Source: a virus. From it: a stretch of DNA of 64,000 nucleotides. Made by a program: the position numbers and the translations under genes. Positions 10,373 to 19,901 of the stretch are shown piece after piece. Positions within the stretch are counted from its first letter, which is position 1. Each line of letters starts with the position of its first letter. The DNA lies in the IMG/VR virus record IMGVR_UViG_3300007513_000007, positions 1 through 64,000 of that record; one strand, 5' to 3'. The notes beneath the pieces were generated by a model, which searched no databases, was not told the DNA's origin, and saw only the letters and a list, made by a program, of their open reading frames with translations.

Positions 10373-10906
10373 TCAGGGGTATCCGGCTGCTTGGGCGTAC
10401 TCAACAAGCAGCTTCCCGACCATCTCAATGAACTGACTCCTGTCCGGGTAGAGATTGCCAACGGCCTCTCCCTGATAAAAGGCTGTCGTCCCAACAGTCG
10501 TCCCTGCTTCCAGCGCGGTCCCGGCAGAAGTCTCGGCAACAGATCCCCCGCCAGGAGCGTAGGCTGTGCTTGGCAAAACAACTGACGAGCCAGAAGAAGG
10601 AAGGGTTCCTGACCACCGCAAAAGCCGGTTATCGGACATCATGGGCACAACAACGGATTCCCACTGTTGCCCGCTAATCCAAAGGTTCCGAGGAACGAGA
10701 GCGCGGACCTCTTGAGAGACTTCCTCAACAAGACGGAATCCAACCTTGCGTGAAGGGTGTGCCCGAGTTGATGAAGGGTAAACCACCCGGAGCTTGCCCA
10801 TAAGGACGAGCCACAACGGACCTTTCAGACACTTGGAAAGTTCAGTGGCGGTACGGACAGGGACTCGACTACCGCCCCTGGAGCCACGAAAGATAGTTCG
10901 ACTCAT
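10373..10906 (-). CDS. hypothetical protein
   Basis: 177-aa ORF co-oriented with the replication operon. Confidence 0.55.
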   Translation of the reverse strand: MSRTIFRGSRGGSRVPVRTATELSKCLKGPLWLVLMGKLRVVYPSSTRAHPSRKVGFRLVEEVSQEVRALVPRNLWISGQQWESVVVPMMSDNRLLRWSGTLPSSGSSVVLPSTAYAPGGGSVAETSAGTALEAGTTVGTTAFYQGEAVGNLYPDRSQFIEMVGKLLVEYAQAAGYP

Positions 10907-11350
10907 CCGATCCTCCTACGAGTAGGAGGAGATAAGGACTTGATTGATTGTCTCTGTTGTTGTCTGGGTTCTATCTCTCTCTACTACCTTCTTCTTATCT
11001 CTCGCTACGCTCGTTCTATTTCAGTCGAACCTACGGTTCTCCTTACTTCTCTATCCTTTCTAATCCTTCCTTATGTCTGTGGAAGGCAGGACAGATTGTA
11101 AGGGGGTTCGAGGAATCCCACTCTCTAAACGGCTCTCTTCTATGAAGGCCGAGGTAAAGGCTGATTCCGAGGCTCCGCTCTTGCGAGGGGGGAGCAACCC
11201 TTGAAGTTCCCTATTTCTTATCTCCTGTGAGGTTGATCCAAACGGCGGGGTTCCTTACCGCCCTGGTTTCCCAGGTCCCGGCAATCCTCGAATCAACAAG
11301 CTCACAGTCAGACAACTGGCCACGCTGTTCAAGGATCCCAAGACACTCTT

Positions 11351-11755
11351 ATGAGGTCTGGACGTGGGTACTCTATAGGCAGCGGAGAGGTCATGCAAGG
11401 AATCCCCCAAAATCCAGGTCGCTATGAAGTATGGATTGCCAAGGAGGACGGCGATTGTGCGCGTCCTTTAGAGAAGACCGGATCTTTTGTTGACCTTGGT
11501 GAAGCTCTCTTGTGGGCGGGGCGAGTGCTCCGTGGCTTGGGTGGCTCTTCCCTCCAAGCTCAAAACAGCCGTCTTGTCGGTGAGGGGTACGCCTGCAACA
11601 GCATCGTTGTAAGGGACCCGGATGCAGCCACAACCTTCTGCACGGCCATCTCCAATGCGTCCCTCACAGAGAATGACGGGACCACCTCTTCCTCTACGCC
11701 GTCCCAGACCGTCCCAATGTGGGAGCCTGATGACCCGGACATTCCGGTGGCCTAA
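11351..11755 (+). CDS. hypothetical protein
   Basis: 134-aa ORF convergent on the sigma-like gene. Confidence 0.45.
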   Translation: MRSGRGYSIGSGEVMQGIPQNPGRYEVWIAKEDGDCARPLEKTGSFVDLGEALLWAGRVLRGLGGSSLQAQNSRLVGEGYACNSIVVRDPDAATTFCTAISNASLTENDGTTSSSTPSQTVPMWEPDDPDIPVA

Positions 11756-12924
11756 AAGAGTACGAGAGTCTCTCCTTGGGCACGGCCTGCGTCTGTTGCC
11801 AAGTAGCTGTCACCCTTATGGATGGTGAGAAGACCTCGACCTCCAAGCAGCCGGATTGCCCGGTTGAAGTGGGCGGGAGGATATTCCAGATCACCCTGAA
11901 TCTCGTTCTTGGTGGAGAAGGGTTCCTCGATGACATACTCCAGGATCGTCTTCGCCATCTTCAGCGTGATTGACGATTCCCGAAGGTCCGACCGAACACG
12001 GGCGGTCAGGTGGCCTGCACGCAGGACGGTGATCCCCTCGCTGTCTGCAATCTCTTGCCGAGAAGCCCCGCCACACATGAGGTCGAACACCCGAAGCAGC
12101 CGCTCATGGGATTGGGGACGAGCAGCACGGAGGCAGTCTCTTGCGAGGTCCAGAAACTCCGCATCAAACTCACTCTCTTCGTCTGCATCATCCATAATGT
12201 CGAACTGCCCTTGAAGAGCCTTCCCGTTGTCATCGGTGGCGTAGACAACCGAGAACGAAGTCACGTCCATCGCATCGTCCGCGATCTTCCCTTCGTTGTG
12301 GTACTCCCGGTCTGTCCGTGATCCGCGCATCTCCCGAAGCAGTGCATCCTGACCGCGACGGCGAAGCTGGTTGATGATCTTGCGGCCAATCCAGTCAGCG
12401 AGATTGGAGAGGCTGGGCTGGTATCCGCGTCGAAGGTGGGCATCGAAGGAGCCTTCAGCGCCCCACTGCCCGATAGCAATATGGACAGCGCCCACAATGT
12501 CTTCCCTGGTTTCCAGAGGGAAGCGGGCACGGAGCTTGTAGGAGAGGCGATTGACCAGCCCGCTTTCGAGCCGCTGGTTCAGCCATTCCCGAGTAGTCAC
12601 GTTGCCTTGGAGGGTGAGGGCCACGGCCTCCTGCTCCTCCCGCTTGACGCGAGCGATGAGGTCCCTCATGTCACCCTGAATAGCCTTATAGAGTTCAGCA
12701 GCGAACTCCTCCACGGCATGACGACCACGGTAGCCGTGACCGTAAACAACATCACGGTTGAACAGCTTCCGGCCACAGCCTTGGGAATCACCAAGGGAGG
12801 CAAAGGCTTCGCGAACCAAGGAGTCGCAGGTTTCGGGGGAGTCAGGGTTCTGGAGGCGAACGGCGTCAATCACTTCGATGAGACGCGCAGTTCGTGCTCG
12901 CAACACGGGCTTGGCTTGGGGCAT
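11752..12924 (-). CDS. sigma70/ECF-like sigma factor with an extra C-terminal winged helix
   Basis: Region-2-like ETREDIVGAVHIAI...LADWIGRKIINQLRRR; region-4 HTH RLLRVFDLMCGGASRQEIADSEGITVLRAGHLTARVR; start trimmed to MPQAK. Confidence 0.65.
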   Translation of the reverse strand: MPQAKPVLRARTARLIEVIDAVRLQNPDSPETCDSLVREAFASLGDSQGCGRKLFNRDVVYGHGYRGRHAVEEFAAELYKAIQGDMRDLIARVKREEQEAVALTLQGNVTTREWLNQRLESGLVNRLSYKLRARFPLETREDIVGAVHIAIGQWGAEGSFDAHLRRGYQPSLSNLADWIGRKIINQLRRRGQDALLREMRGSRTDREYHNEGKIADDAMDVTSFSVVYATDDNGKALQGQFDIMDDADEESEFDAEFLDLARDCLRAARPQSHERLLRVFDLMCGGASRQEIADSEGITVLRAGHLTARVRSDLRESSITLKMAKTILEYVIEEPFSTKNEIQGDLEYPPAHFNRAIRLLGGRGLLTIHKGDSYLATDAGRAQGETLVLF

Positions 12925-13118
12925 CGGGTTCCTCGTCTTGACCTGGGACAGCAAGCTGCTTGAGGTCTGGGTAGGGTTAGGGTGTTGCGACGGGTGACGA
13001 TGCTCTTGCCGAGCGGGTCTGGGAAGCAACGATCTGATCGTAACACGAAATCGCGTGTGTGCGAGCCAAGAGTGGCGTTTTTTCTTTGTCTATCGTCACG
13101 GTCCATATGAAACGTGGG

Positions 13119-15404
13119 ATGGCGAGCCAGAATCCCGTGGAGGTAGATATGACACGCATCATGGCGAAAGCAAGAAATCTCATGGAGTCGCTCGCAGAGG
13201 AAGATCCTCTGCGGGGCAAGCTGGCATCTTTGCTCAAAGAGGCTGGCATCCGGGACGACCTTTTCGCCCGTGCTTCAGTTCTGGAAGGGGCGCTTGGCCT
13301 CCCCGCAAACTCCTTGGCCCGCACCCCTTCCAGGGATCTTGTGGATATTCAGCGGAACTTCCCTGACATCAACGAGCAGTTCTTCGACCTTCGCCGCGAC
13401 TACGATCTCTACGGAGCGGTGATCGGAGGGGCCAGCCAGATCCGAGGAACCGAGTTCACCCCTGATGAGATTGCCCAGTCGTTGATTGCAGGGCTTACCA
13501 TCAAGAACCTGGATCGGGTGAAGGGTGGAAGCATCTACCGCCGACTGGGTGAGAAGCTCAAGAACCAAATCAAGTCAGGCCGCGTAGATATGAAGGGCCT
13601 TGCGGGCACTCTCCGCAGATGGGCTGCCACCCGAGCGATGGATGTCATCGACCGACGGCCACAAGACAGCCTCGATGAAATGTCTGATGGCGACAACGCG
13701 ACCCTTATCGACCGTTTTTACAGTGACCCTGGAACCTCCGAAACAGCACTGGCTGTCTCTTTGGTGAATGATCCCCGCCTACTTCGAGAGATCGACCGTG
13801 CGGTGCGGGGGCAGATCGGGAACGCTGAAGCACAGGTTGCTGTATGGGAGGCCATCCTGGCCAATCCCGGACTCCTGGATGTCAAACGGAATGGCGTAGG
13901 CGTAGACCAGCAGGGCCTTGCTGATGTTCTCTCCGAGGGTGGAAGGTCCGTGTCCAGGCAGAACGCCGGAAGGAAGTTCCGGGAGAAGGTTCTCCCGGCG
14001 ATGCAGAATGCCCTCGCGAATGACGAGAGGCTCCAGCAGACCCTGATGCGGGACCGAGAAATCCAAGAGGTCTTCCAGGACGCCATGCGGCTCGCTGCCG
14101 GATACGCCCGCAAGTCCATGCGCGGGGGAGACTACGGAGGGGCTGCGAGTAGCAAGCAGTTGGTGAAGGACATGATCGCCAACATGCGACGGGTGAAGAC
14201 CCCGGCTGAACGAAGCCATGCCGTTGAGCAGGTGCAACACGCGGAAGCCGCGAGGTCCATCACCCCCCAACAGGCCAAAGAGGTCATGTCAGCCATCAAT
14301 AAGGCTACATCGGCCCGCACAGCAGAATGGAAAGGCTGGACCGAGGACATGCCTGTTCAGGTAGTGACGATGAAGGGCACCGAGGTGTTCCCGAATCTCG
14401 CCGCTGCCCAGAAGAAGTACCGCGACCTGGACCCCCGCCGTAACGGGCGCAAGTTCACCTGGGCCATGAAGGATCGTGTCAAAGGCCGCCCTGCAATCCG
14501 CTTTGAGGCATGGGACGTGAACAGAATGATGTCTATGTCTGCTTCCTCGAAGAGCGGGAGGGCGATGGCTGGGCCTTGGTACGGAATGGTGTGGGGGGGT
14601 GATTATGGGAATGACCTTGTACGTTTCTTCCTTGGGAGGAACAAGGGGGCCGTTAGCCGCTGGTTCAGAGGGGTTGGGGATCACGGGCCGGATTCAAAGT
14701 TCGAGTCGGGGGCCATCTTTGACTACGGCTTCAACAGTTCGTATTCGCTCACCCGCAATGGAGTGACCCTGAAGGGGAAGGACTTTCAGGCTGCGAACGC
14801 GGCCATTCGCTTGCACGACGAATGGAAGAAAGCTCTGCATGACTTCCAAGCACAGGGGGCTACTACAAGGTCAGAGGATAAGGAGTTCACGGAAGACTAT
14901 GCAAAGAACCTGCGGCTTGCCCGTAAGGTTGCTGTGCGGTTCCTTCGCGACAGGACGGCGTGCGGTCCCGGATGCTCGTGTGGTGGAAACTGCACAGGCC
15001 AGTGCCAGTCTCACCGAGCTTCCGAGCAGGAAGCCGAAAAGCTGGAAGCAGAAGCACAGGCCAACCGTGATCAGGCCGAGGCCGATGAGGCGAAAGCAGA
15101 AGCGGCCCAGATGAAAGAGGCTGGGTTCGAGAGCCATTTCAAGAAGGGCGAGTACCTCTACGATTTCTTCTCGGAGAAGCGTCTGCCCTATCGAGTTTTC
15201 GAGAAAGAGGATCGGAACGGGGTCACCCATTTCATCCCCAATGAGGTTGTCATCGAAACGATTGCGCTGACACGCGGTGGCGAGCGACGGTCAATCGAGG
15301 ACACGATTCGGAAGATTGATTTCAAGAACGGGGATGTAAACCACTTCCTCGACCATCTGGCGGGAGCGATTGCCGACCAGTACAGCGGTGCTTTGAGCTT
15401 CTAA
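13119..15404 (+). CDS. multi-domain virion-tagged protein with an N-terminal sigma-factor-like domain
   Basis: LRRWAATRAMDVIDRR (region 2.3-2.4-like), SLDEMSDGDNATLIDRF (region 3.2-like), QQGLADVL..SVSRQNAGRKF (region 4-like); later RTA and ARKVAVRFLRDRTA tags; first gene of the terminase operon. Confidence 0.5.
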   Translation: MASQNPVEVDMTRIMAKARNLMESLAEEDPLRGKLASLLKEAGIRDDLFARASVLEGALGLPANSLARTPSRDLVDIQRNFPDINEQFFDLRRDYDLYGAVIGGASQIRGTEFTPDEIAQSLIAGLTIKNLDRVKGGSIYRRLGEKLKNQIKSGRVDMKGLAGTLRRWAATRAMDVIDRRPQDSLDEMSDGDNATLIDRFYSDPGTSETALAVSLVNDPRLLREIDRAVRGQIGNAEAQVAVWEAILANPGLLDVKRNGVGVDQQGLADVLSEGGRSVSRQNAGRKFREKVLPAMQNALANDERLQQTLMRDREIQEVFQDAMRLAAGYARKSMRGGDYGGAASSKQLVKDMIANMRRVKTPAERSHAVEQVQHAEAARSITPQQAKEVMSAINKATSARTAEWKGWTEDMPVQVVTMKGTEVFPNLAAAQKKYRDLDPRRNGRKFTWAMKDRVKGRPAIRFEAWDVNRMMSMSASSKSGRAMAGPWYGMVWGGDYGNDLVRFFLGRNKGAVSRWFRGVGDHGPDSKFESGAIFDYGFNSSYSLTRNGVTLKGKDFQAANAAIRLHDEWKKALHDFQAQGATTRSEDKEFTEDYAKNLRLARKVAVRFLRDRTACGPGCSCGGNCTGQCQSHRASEQEAEKLEAEAQANRDQAEADEAKAEAAQMKEAGFESHFKKGEYLYDFFSEKRLPYRVFEKEDRNGVTHFIPNEVVIETIALTRGGERRSIEDTIRKIDFKNGDVNHFLDHLAGAIADQYSGALSF

Positions 15405-15415
15405 AGGAGAACAAC

Positions 15416-16021
15416 ATGGGTCGTAAACTCGTCACTGGGCAAAGGCCCTTCACTATGCTGACCCCCGGACTCACTGGAGGCAGTGACCCCTCGCGGGGCG
15501 TTGGTGGCAACCCTGTCAAAATCCGAGAGAGCTATCAGATCCAGATGTTCCCCGAAGTCGCAGGGCGTGGGAATGATCGAAACGACCTCAACCCCAGCAC
15601 CCCCGGACTCACTACACGGCAAGGAAACGCTACGTTCACCACAGCCGACACCCAGGTGGCCTGCACGGCCACCTTCACGGTGGCAACCGCCGCATGGCCG
15701 GAAGCAGCCTCGTGGGTTCAGCTTGGGGAGTACAGGCTCGTTACGGGGGCTGACTTCCTTGTGGTAAATACTGACGTCAACACGACTGCCACAAACCTCG
15801 CCACGGCAATCAACAACCTTCCTGGGTTCTTGTGCGCTGGCCCCGCCGCTGCCACCATCACGGTTACGGGTCCCACCGGCCCAGCAGGCAACGACATCGT
15901 GCTCAAAGCAGGCGGCTTCAACGCGAACTGGTTGGAGGACGGCGCTGCTGGCTCTGGGGTCAACCTCAACACCACCTTCACTTCTGGGGAGCCATACATC
16001 GGGCCGCCGAGTATTAGTTGA
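15416..16021 (+). CDS. probable virion structural protein
   Basis: Thr/Ala/Gly-rich beta-type sequence (TATNLATAINNLPG...TITVTG) in the packaging operon. Confidence 0.55.
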   Translation: MGRKLVTGQRPFTMLTPGLTGGSDPSRGVGGNPVKIRESYQIQMFPEVAGRGNDRNDLNPSTPGLTTRQGNATFTTADTQVACTATFTVATAAWPEAASWVQLGEYRLVTGADFLVVNTDVNTTATNLATAINNLPGFLCAGPAAATITVTGPTGPAGNDIVLKAGGFNANWLEDGAAGSGVNLNTTFTSGEPYIGPPSIS

Positions 16022-16036
16022 TAAACAGGAGAGCCT

Positions 16037-16720
16037 ATGTCGGCAGCCCCGAAGAACCAGACCCGAGAAGACAAAGAGACGATTATCGCGGGCCTCCCGC
16101 CCGGAACACGAAGAGTCCAAGTCAAGAGTGCAGGAGGCAAGACCTCCTATAAGCGGCCCGAAGACGTCAACCTTGACACCGATGAAATCCTGCTTGCGGG
16201 CGATGGTCGAGCCATCGTGATGCGTGGAAAGCCTGGGCGCAAGACCACCAAGCTCTCCCCGGTTTCCAACAACGTCGAAGAGGTGATGGAAGCCCGAGCG
16301 GAACATATCAAGACAGACAACCTGTTGAGCACTACGCTCACCGGGGCCGAGAGCGAAGCCGTCATGGACTCGCTCCTTGCAGCGTTGGCCGAGGAAGCCG
16401 CGTCTATTGCTTTCGAGAAGGCTGAAGCAGAGAGGCACGGACACGACACCTCGTCGCTTTCAGCCAAGCGTGCCCGAATCCTCAAGATGACGGCTGATAC
16501 TTGGTTGAAGCGCCGGGACAAGAACATCGCTGGATCAATCGACCTGGATTCGCCTGCCTTCGAGACTTTGTTCGCCTTCATCCTGGAAACTGTCCGGGAG
16601 TCCATGACAGACGCGGGGCTGCGTGCCGAGCATATCGAAACGGTGTTTGCCAAGATCGGTAAGCGCCTCCAGGACAACTGGAAGGAAGAAGCGAAGGCAC
16701 GGTTGAAGGAGAAGTCGTGA
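16037..16720 (+). CDS. possible terminase small subunit
   Basis: Helical 227-aa protein whose stop overlaps the terL start; assigned by position only. Confidence 0.4.
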   Translation: MSAAPKNQTREDKETIIAGLPPGTRRVQVKSAGGKTSYKRPEDVNLDTDEILLAGDGRAIVMRGKPGRKTTKLSPVSNNVEEVMEARAEHIKTDNLLSTTLTGAESEAVMDSLLAALAEEAASIAFEKAEAERHGHDTSSLSAKRARILKMTADTWLKRRDKNIAGSIDLDSPAFETLFAFILETVRESMTDAGLRAEHIETVFAKIGKRLQDNWKEEAKARLKEKS

Positions 16721-18627
16721 GTCTTGCCGACCTCGCCATCAACATCGGAAGGCGGGATGCAGATGATGATTCCGAAATCGTAGACATCATCACGTTCATC
16801 GAGGCTCCGTGGGGCCTCAACATGAAGCTGTTCCCCGTCCAGAAGGTCATCCTAAAGGTCCACTACGGGCTGCCTTTGGACGAGAATGCCTTTGGCTTCC
16901 CTCTGGACACCCCTATTCCAGAAGACCACCCGGCCTATGACCCTCTCTTGGTGGATAACGATGGCTACTACACCCATCGTGTTCCAATCACAGACTGGCG
17001 CAGAGAAAACCCCCAGGCTTTCACTGAAGCCGGATACTTGAAGTACCTGTACGAGAACAAACGCTCCAATGTCGAAGTCCTTGTTCCGGGGCATGAGCGT
17101 CGTGAGATGATCTTGAGCATCGGTCGCCGTTCAGGAAAGACCACCATCTCGGCGTGCATCGCTGCCTACGAAACATACAAACTCATCAGCAAGGGGCACC
17201 CACAAGGGTTCTACGGGCTACCTGACTCCAACGTGATTCAGATCATCTCGGTGGCCACGGACAAAGACCAAGCTGGCCTGCTTTACCGTGAGTGTCATGG
17301 TCACTTCGTGAACTGCGATTTCTTCGCGTCCTACATGGCCAATGCGACCCAGAGCTTCGCTACGTTCCAGACTCCCAACGACATCGAGAAGTTTGGGCAC
17401 TACACAGACAATCCTCGGAGCCGGTTCTCCATCAAGGTCACCTTCCGCTCATGCGTAGCAAAGGGTCTGCGTGGTGCCGGTAACATCGTGGTGATTCTGG
17501 ACGAGGTGGCTCACTTCACGGATAAGGGCCAATCGGGAGCCGAAGAAGTCTACAACGCGGTCACCCCCTCTACGTCAGCCTTCTCCAAGAAGGACCCTGA
17601 TGATTCAAGGAAGCCCATCGGCCCGGTCGAAGGCCGGATCATCCTCATCTCCTCTCCTCTGGGACGCCAGGGACAGTTCTACAAGCTGTTCGGGATTGGA
17701 ATGCGCGGCGGCAAGGCAGCGGAGAACATGCTGTGCATCGAGGCACCGACCTGGGAAGTGAACCCCACGGTTCCCGCAACCGAGTTCGAGAAGCACTACG
17801 TCAAAGACCCCCGTGTGTTCTTTACCGAGTATGGAGGAGAGTTCTCTGACCGGACCAGGGGTTGGATTGAGGATCGCCAAGACCTCGTAGCCTGCGTCAA
17901 GCCCACCCTGCGGCCCAAGGTTCAAGCACCGCCTCGCGCTCCCCACTTTATGGGCGTCGATGTCGCCCTCGTAGGGGACTACTCTGCCCTGGCTATCGGC
18001 CATAACGACGCCGAAGGCAACATTGTGCTCGACTACATAGAGCGCATCTGTGCCGGGGAAGGGGACTTCGTAGGCCAGGACCGCCTTGAGTTCGATGACG
18101 TTGCTGACTGGATCGAGAAGTTGGCCAAACGGTTCTACATCACCGAAGGGATTTTCGACCAGTGGGCAGGCATCCCGATGGAGCAGGCCCTCCGAAAGCG
18201 AGGCTTGGGCCAACTCAAATCAGTCCACCACACACGCATGTTGTCGAGCCAGATGTTCCAGAACTTCAAGGACCAGATGCTTGACCAGCGCCTTGTGCTT
18301 TATGATTGGCCCGTCCCCGACGGAGAAGACCACTGCGCCTACATCCAAGAACTCTTGGAGCTTCAAGCCGAGGTCGTCAGTAAATACATCATTCGCGTGG
18401 AAGCCCCGCAAGTCGAAGGAAAGCACGACGACCTCTCTGACGCCTTGATGCGGATGGTGTGGTGTGCGACCCAGAACGCGAACAAGCAGCACACGGTCAT
18501 AGGCCACCGGAGAGGGGTCCCCCAATACGCAGGGAACAGCGGAAGGTTTGGACGCGCCCCAAACCACGGACGGCGAAAGACCCACAGTTCTCGGACGATC
18601 CCTTTGAAGAAGGGTCGGGGACGGTAG
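16717..18627 (+). CDS. terL: terminase large subunit
   Basis: Walker A IGRRSGKTT, Walker B VILDEVAHF, LISSP motif, nuclease GVDVALVGD ... HDDLSDALM. Confidence 0.92.
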   Translation: MSLADLAINIGRRDADDDSEIVDIITFIEAPWGLNMKLFPVQKVILKVHYGLPLDENAFGFPLDTPIPEDHPAYDPLLVDNDGYYTHRVPITDWRRENPQAFTEAGYLKYLYENKRSNVEVLVPGHERREMILSIGRRSGKTTISACIAAYETYKLISKGHPQGFYGLPDSNVIQIISVATDKDQAGLLYRECHGHFVNCDFFASYMANATQSFATFQTPNDIEKFGHYTDNPRSRFSIKVTFRSCVAKGLRGAGNIVVILDEVAHFTDKGQSGAEEVYNAVTPSTSAFSKKDPDDSRKPIGPVEGRIILISSPLGRQGQFYKLFGIGMRGGKAAENMLCIEAPTWEVNPTVPATEFEKHYVKDPRVFFTEYGGEFSDRTRGWIEDRQDLVACVKPTLRPKVQAPPRAPHFMGVDVALVGDYSALAIGHNDAEGNIVLDYIERICAGEGDFVGQDRLEFDDVADWIEKLAKRFYITEGIFDQWAGIPMEQALRKRGLGQLKSVHHTRMLSSQMFQNFKDQMLDQRLVLYDWPVPDGEDHCAYIQELLELQAEVVSKYIIRVEAPQVEGKHDDLSDALMRMVWCATQNANKQHTVIGHRRGVPQYAGNSGRFGRAPNHGRRKTHSSRTIPLKKGRGR

Positions 18628-19012
18628 TGGTTCCGTAAGTTCTGGGGGATGAGGGAGAGATTCAGGCTCCCTGAATCAGATTGCGGAGGTGCTGAATCAA
18701 CCCATCTCCGCACCTGAAGCAGTTTCGTTCTCTCCAGGAGCATGAAAAACAGGAAAGACGCGCCCTCTGAATCAGACCCATTCGCAAGGTTGAAAGCCGC
18801 TTATAAAGAAACTTGAAAAAAGTTTGGGTTTTAGTGTCCGGGAAGGGAGGTTGACCGCGTCTCGCGTGCGAGCGCGAGCGCGAGGCCGTTGTTGCTTTTC
18901 GGCCACCGCCCCGGTTCCCGCCAAGCAAAGCAACCGTTCTGCTACTCCTTTACAAAGGGTTGGGTCTCCTACGGTAGCGTCCCTATCATTCGACCCCCGA
19001 TAGGAGCACTCG

Positions 19013-19579
19013 GTGGCTATTCAGAACTCTAACATTGATGATGCCCTCGACGTGGAACTCATGTTCCCCGGCGACAGGTTCCCTGTGACCGTGGGGCCTG
19101 TCCTCCGTACAAACGGGTGGAGGGGCGGCTTGTTTGTCATGTATGCGGCAGGCAACGATGATTTTATTGTAGAGGTCAGTGACGGCACCGCAGCGGCAGG
19201 GTTCCTGTTGTTCCAGTCCGAGGACTATGCTTTGGCCCCTCCTTGGGGAACTGGTCCCGGCTCCCCCGAAAACTGGATCGCCCAACAGCCGCGATCCGGT
19301 GTGGGGGGCCAAAACGTGATGACAATGGTAAACGGGGGTACACGGGCCTACTTCAGAGTGTATGAGACCGTAGCCCTGGCAGGGGGCACACGAACCGGAG
19401 GGGCTATCACCTACAATCTCAACGACACCTTGAAGGTGAGCGAGAATGGCTTGCTCTGTAACGATTCGGATGCCCAGTTTGCATTGGCAGGCATCGCCTC
19501 ACCTATCGTTGTAGGTATCGTGTCGGCAGCCCCGTCAGCCATCAACAGCAACCGGCTGTGCATCGACATGAAGTATTGA
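19013..19579 (+). CDS. probable head decoration/cement protein
   Basis: GTG start with GGAG RBS; YNLNDTLKVSENGLL...VVGIVSAAP...LCIDM pattern typical of capsid decoration proteins; upstream of portal. Confidence 0.5.
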   Translation: MAIQNSNIDDALDVELMFPGDRFPVTVGPVLRTNGWRGGLFVMYAAGNDDFIVEVSDGTAAAGFLLFQSEDYALAPPWGTGPGSPENWIAQQPRSGVGGQNVMTMVNGGTRAYFRVYETVALAGGTRTGGAITYNLNDTLKVSENGLLCNDSDAQFALAGIASPIVVGIVSAAPSAINSNRLCIDMKY

Positions 19580-19586
19580 GGTTTCT

Positions 19587-19901
19587 TTGAGTAGATACCG
19601 TGCCAGAACCGCTCCTTCAGAGGCAGATCGCGACATCACGCGCCATCTGGACGAAGCAGCACGCCATGTTGGACTTGCCTTGGACACCATGAGGCAGCAT
19701 AAAACTGCCCGGTCGCGTGGCCGTAAGAGGCGCGTGGAGGAAGACCTTATGCGCGTGCTGGGTGCCATCAGCAACGTCGGTAGCCTGGAGCCTCGTTACG
19801 GCGGCGTGGACGATCCTGACCTCATGTCTGAAGATGCGAGAGCCGCCAAACAGCGAGCGGAGCGGGATGCCCGACGGGCAGCCGAAAGAGGTGACGGATG
19901 A
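19587..19901 (+). CDS. hypothetical protein
   Basis: 104 aa, coupled to the portal gene. Confidence 0.6.
   Translation: MSRYRARTAPSEADRDITRHLDEAARHVGLALDTMRQHKTARSRGRKRRVEEDLMRVLGAISNVGSLEPRYGGVDDPDLMSEDARAAKQRAERDARRAAERGDG

Noticed and set aside
6388-18627. Inteins or introns in nrdJ or terL
   Set aside because: Both have normal lengths and continuous motifs, with no splicing-junction signatures
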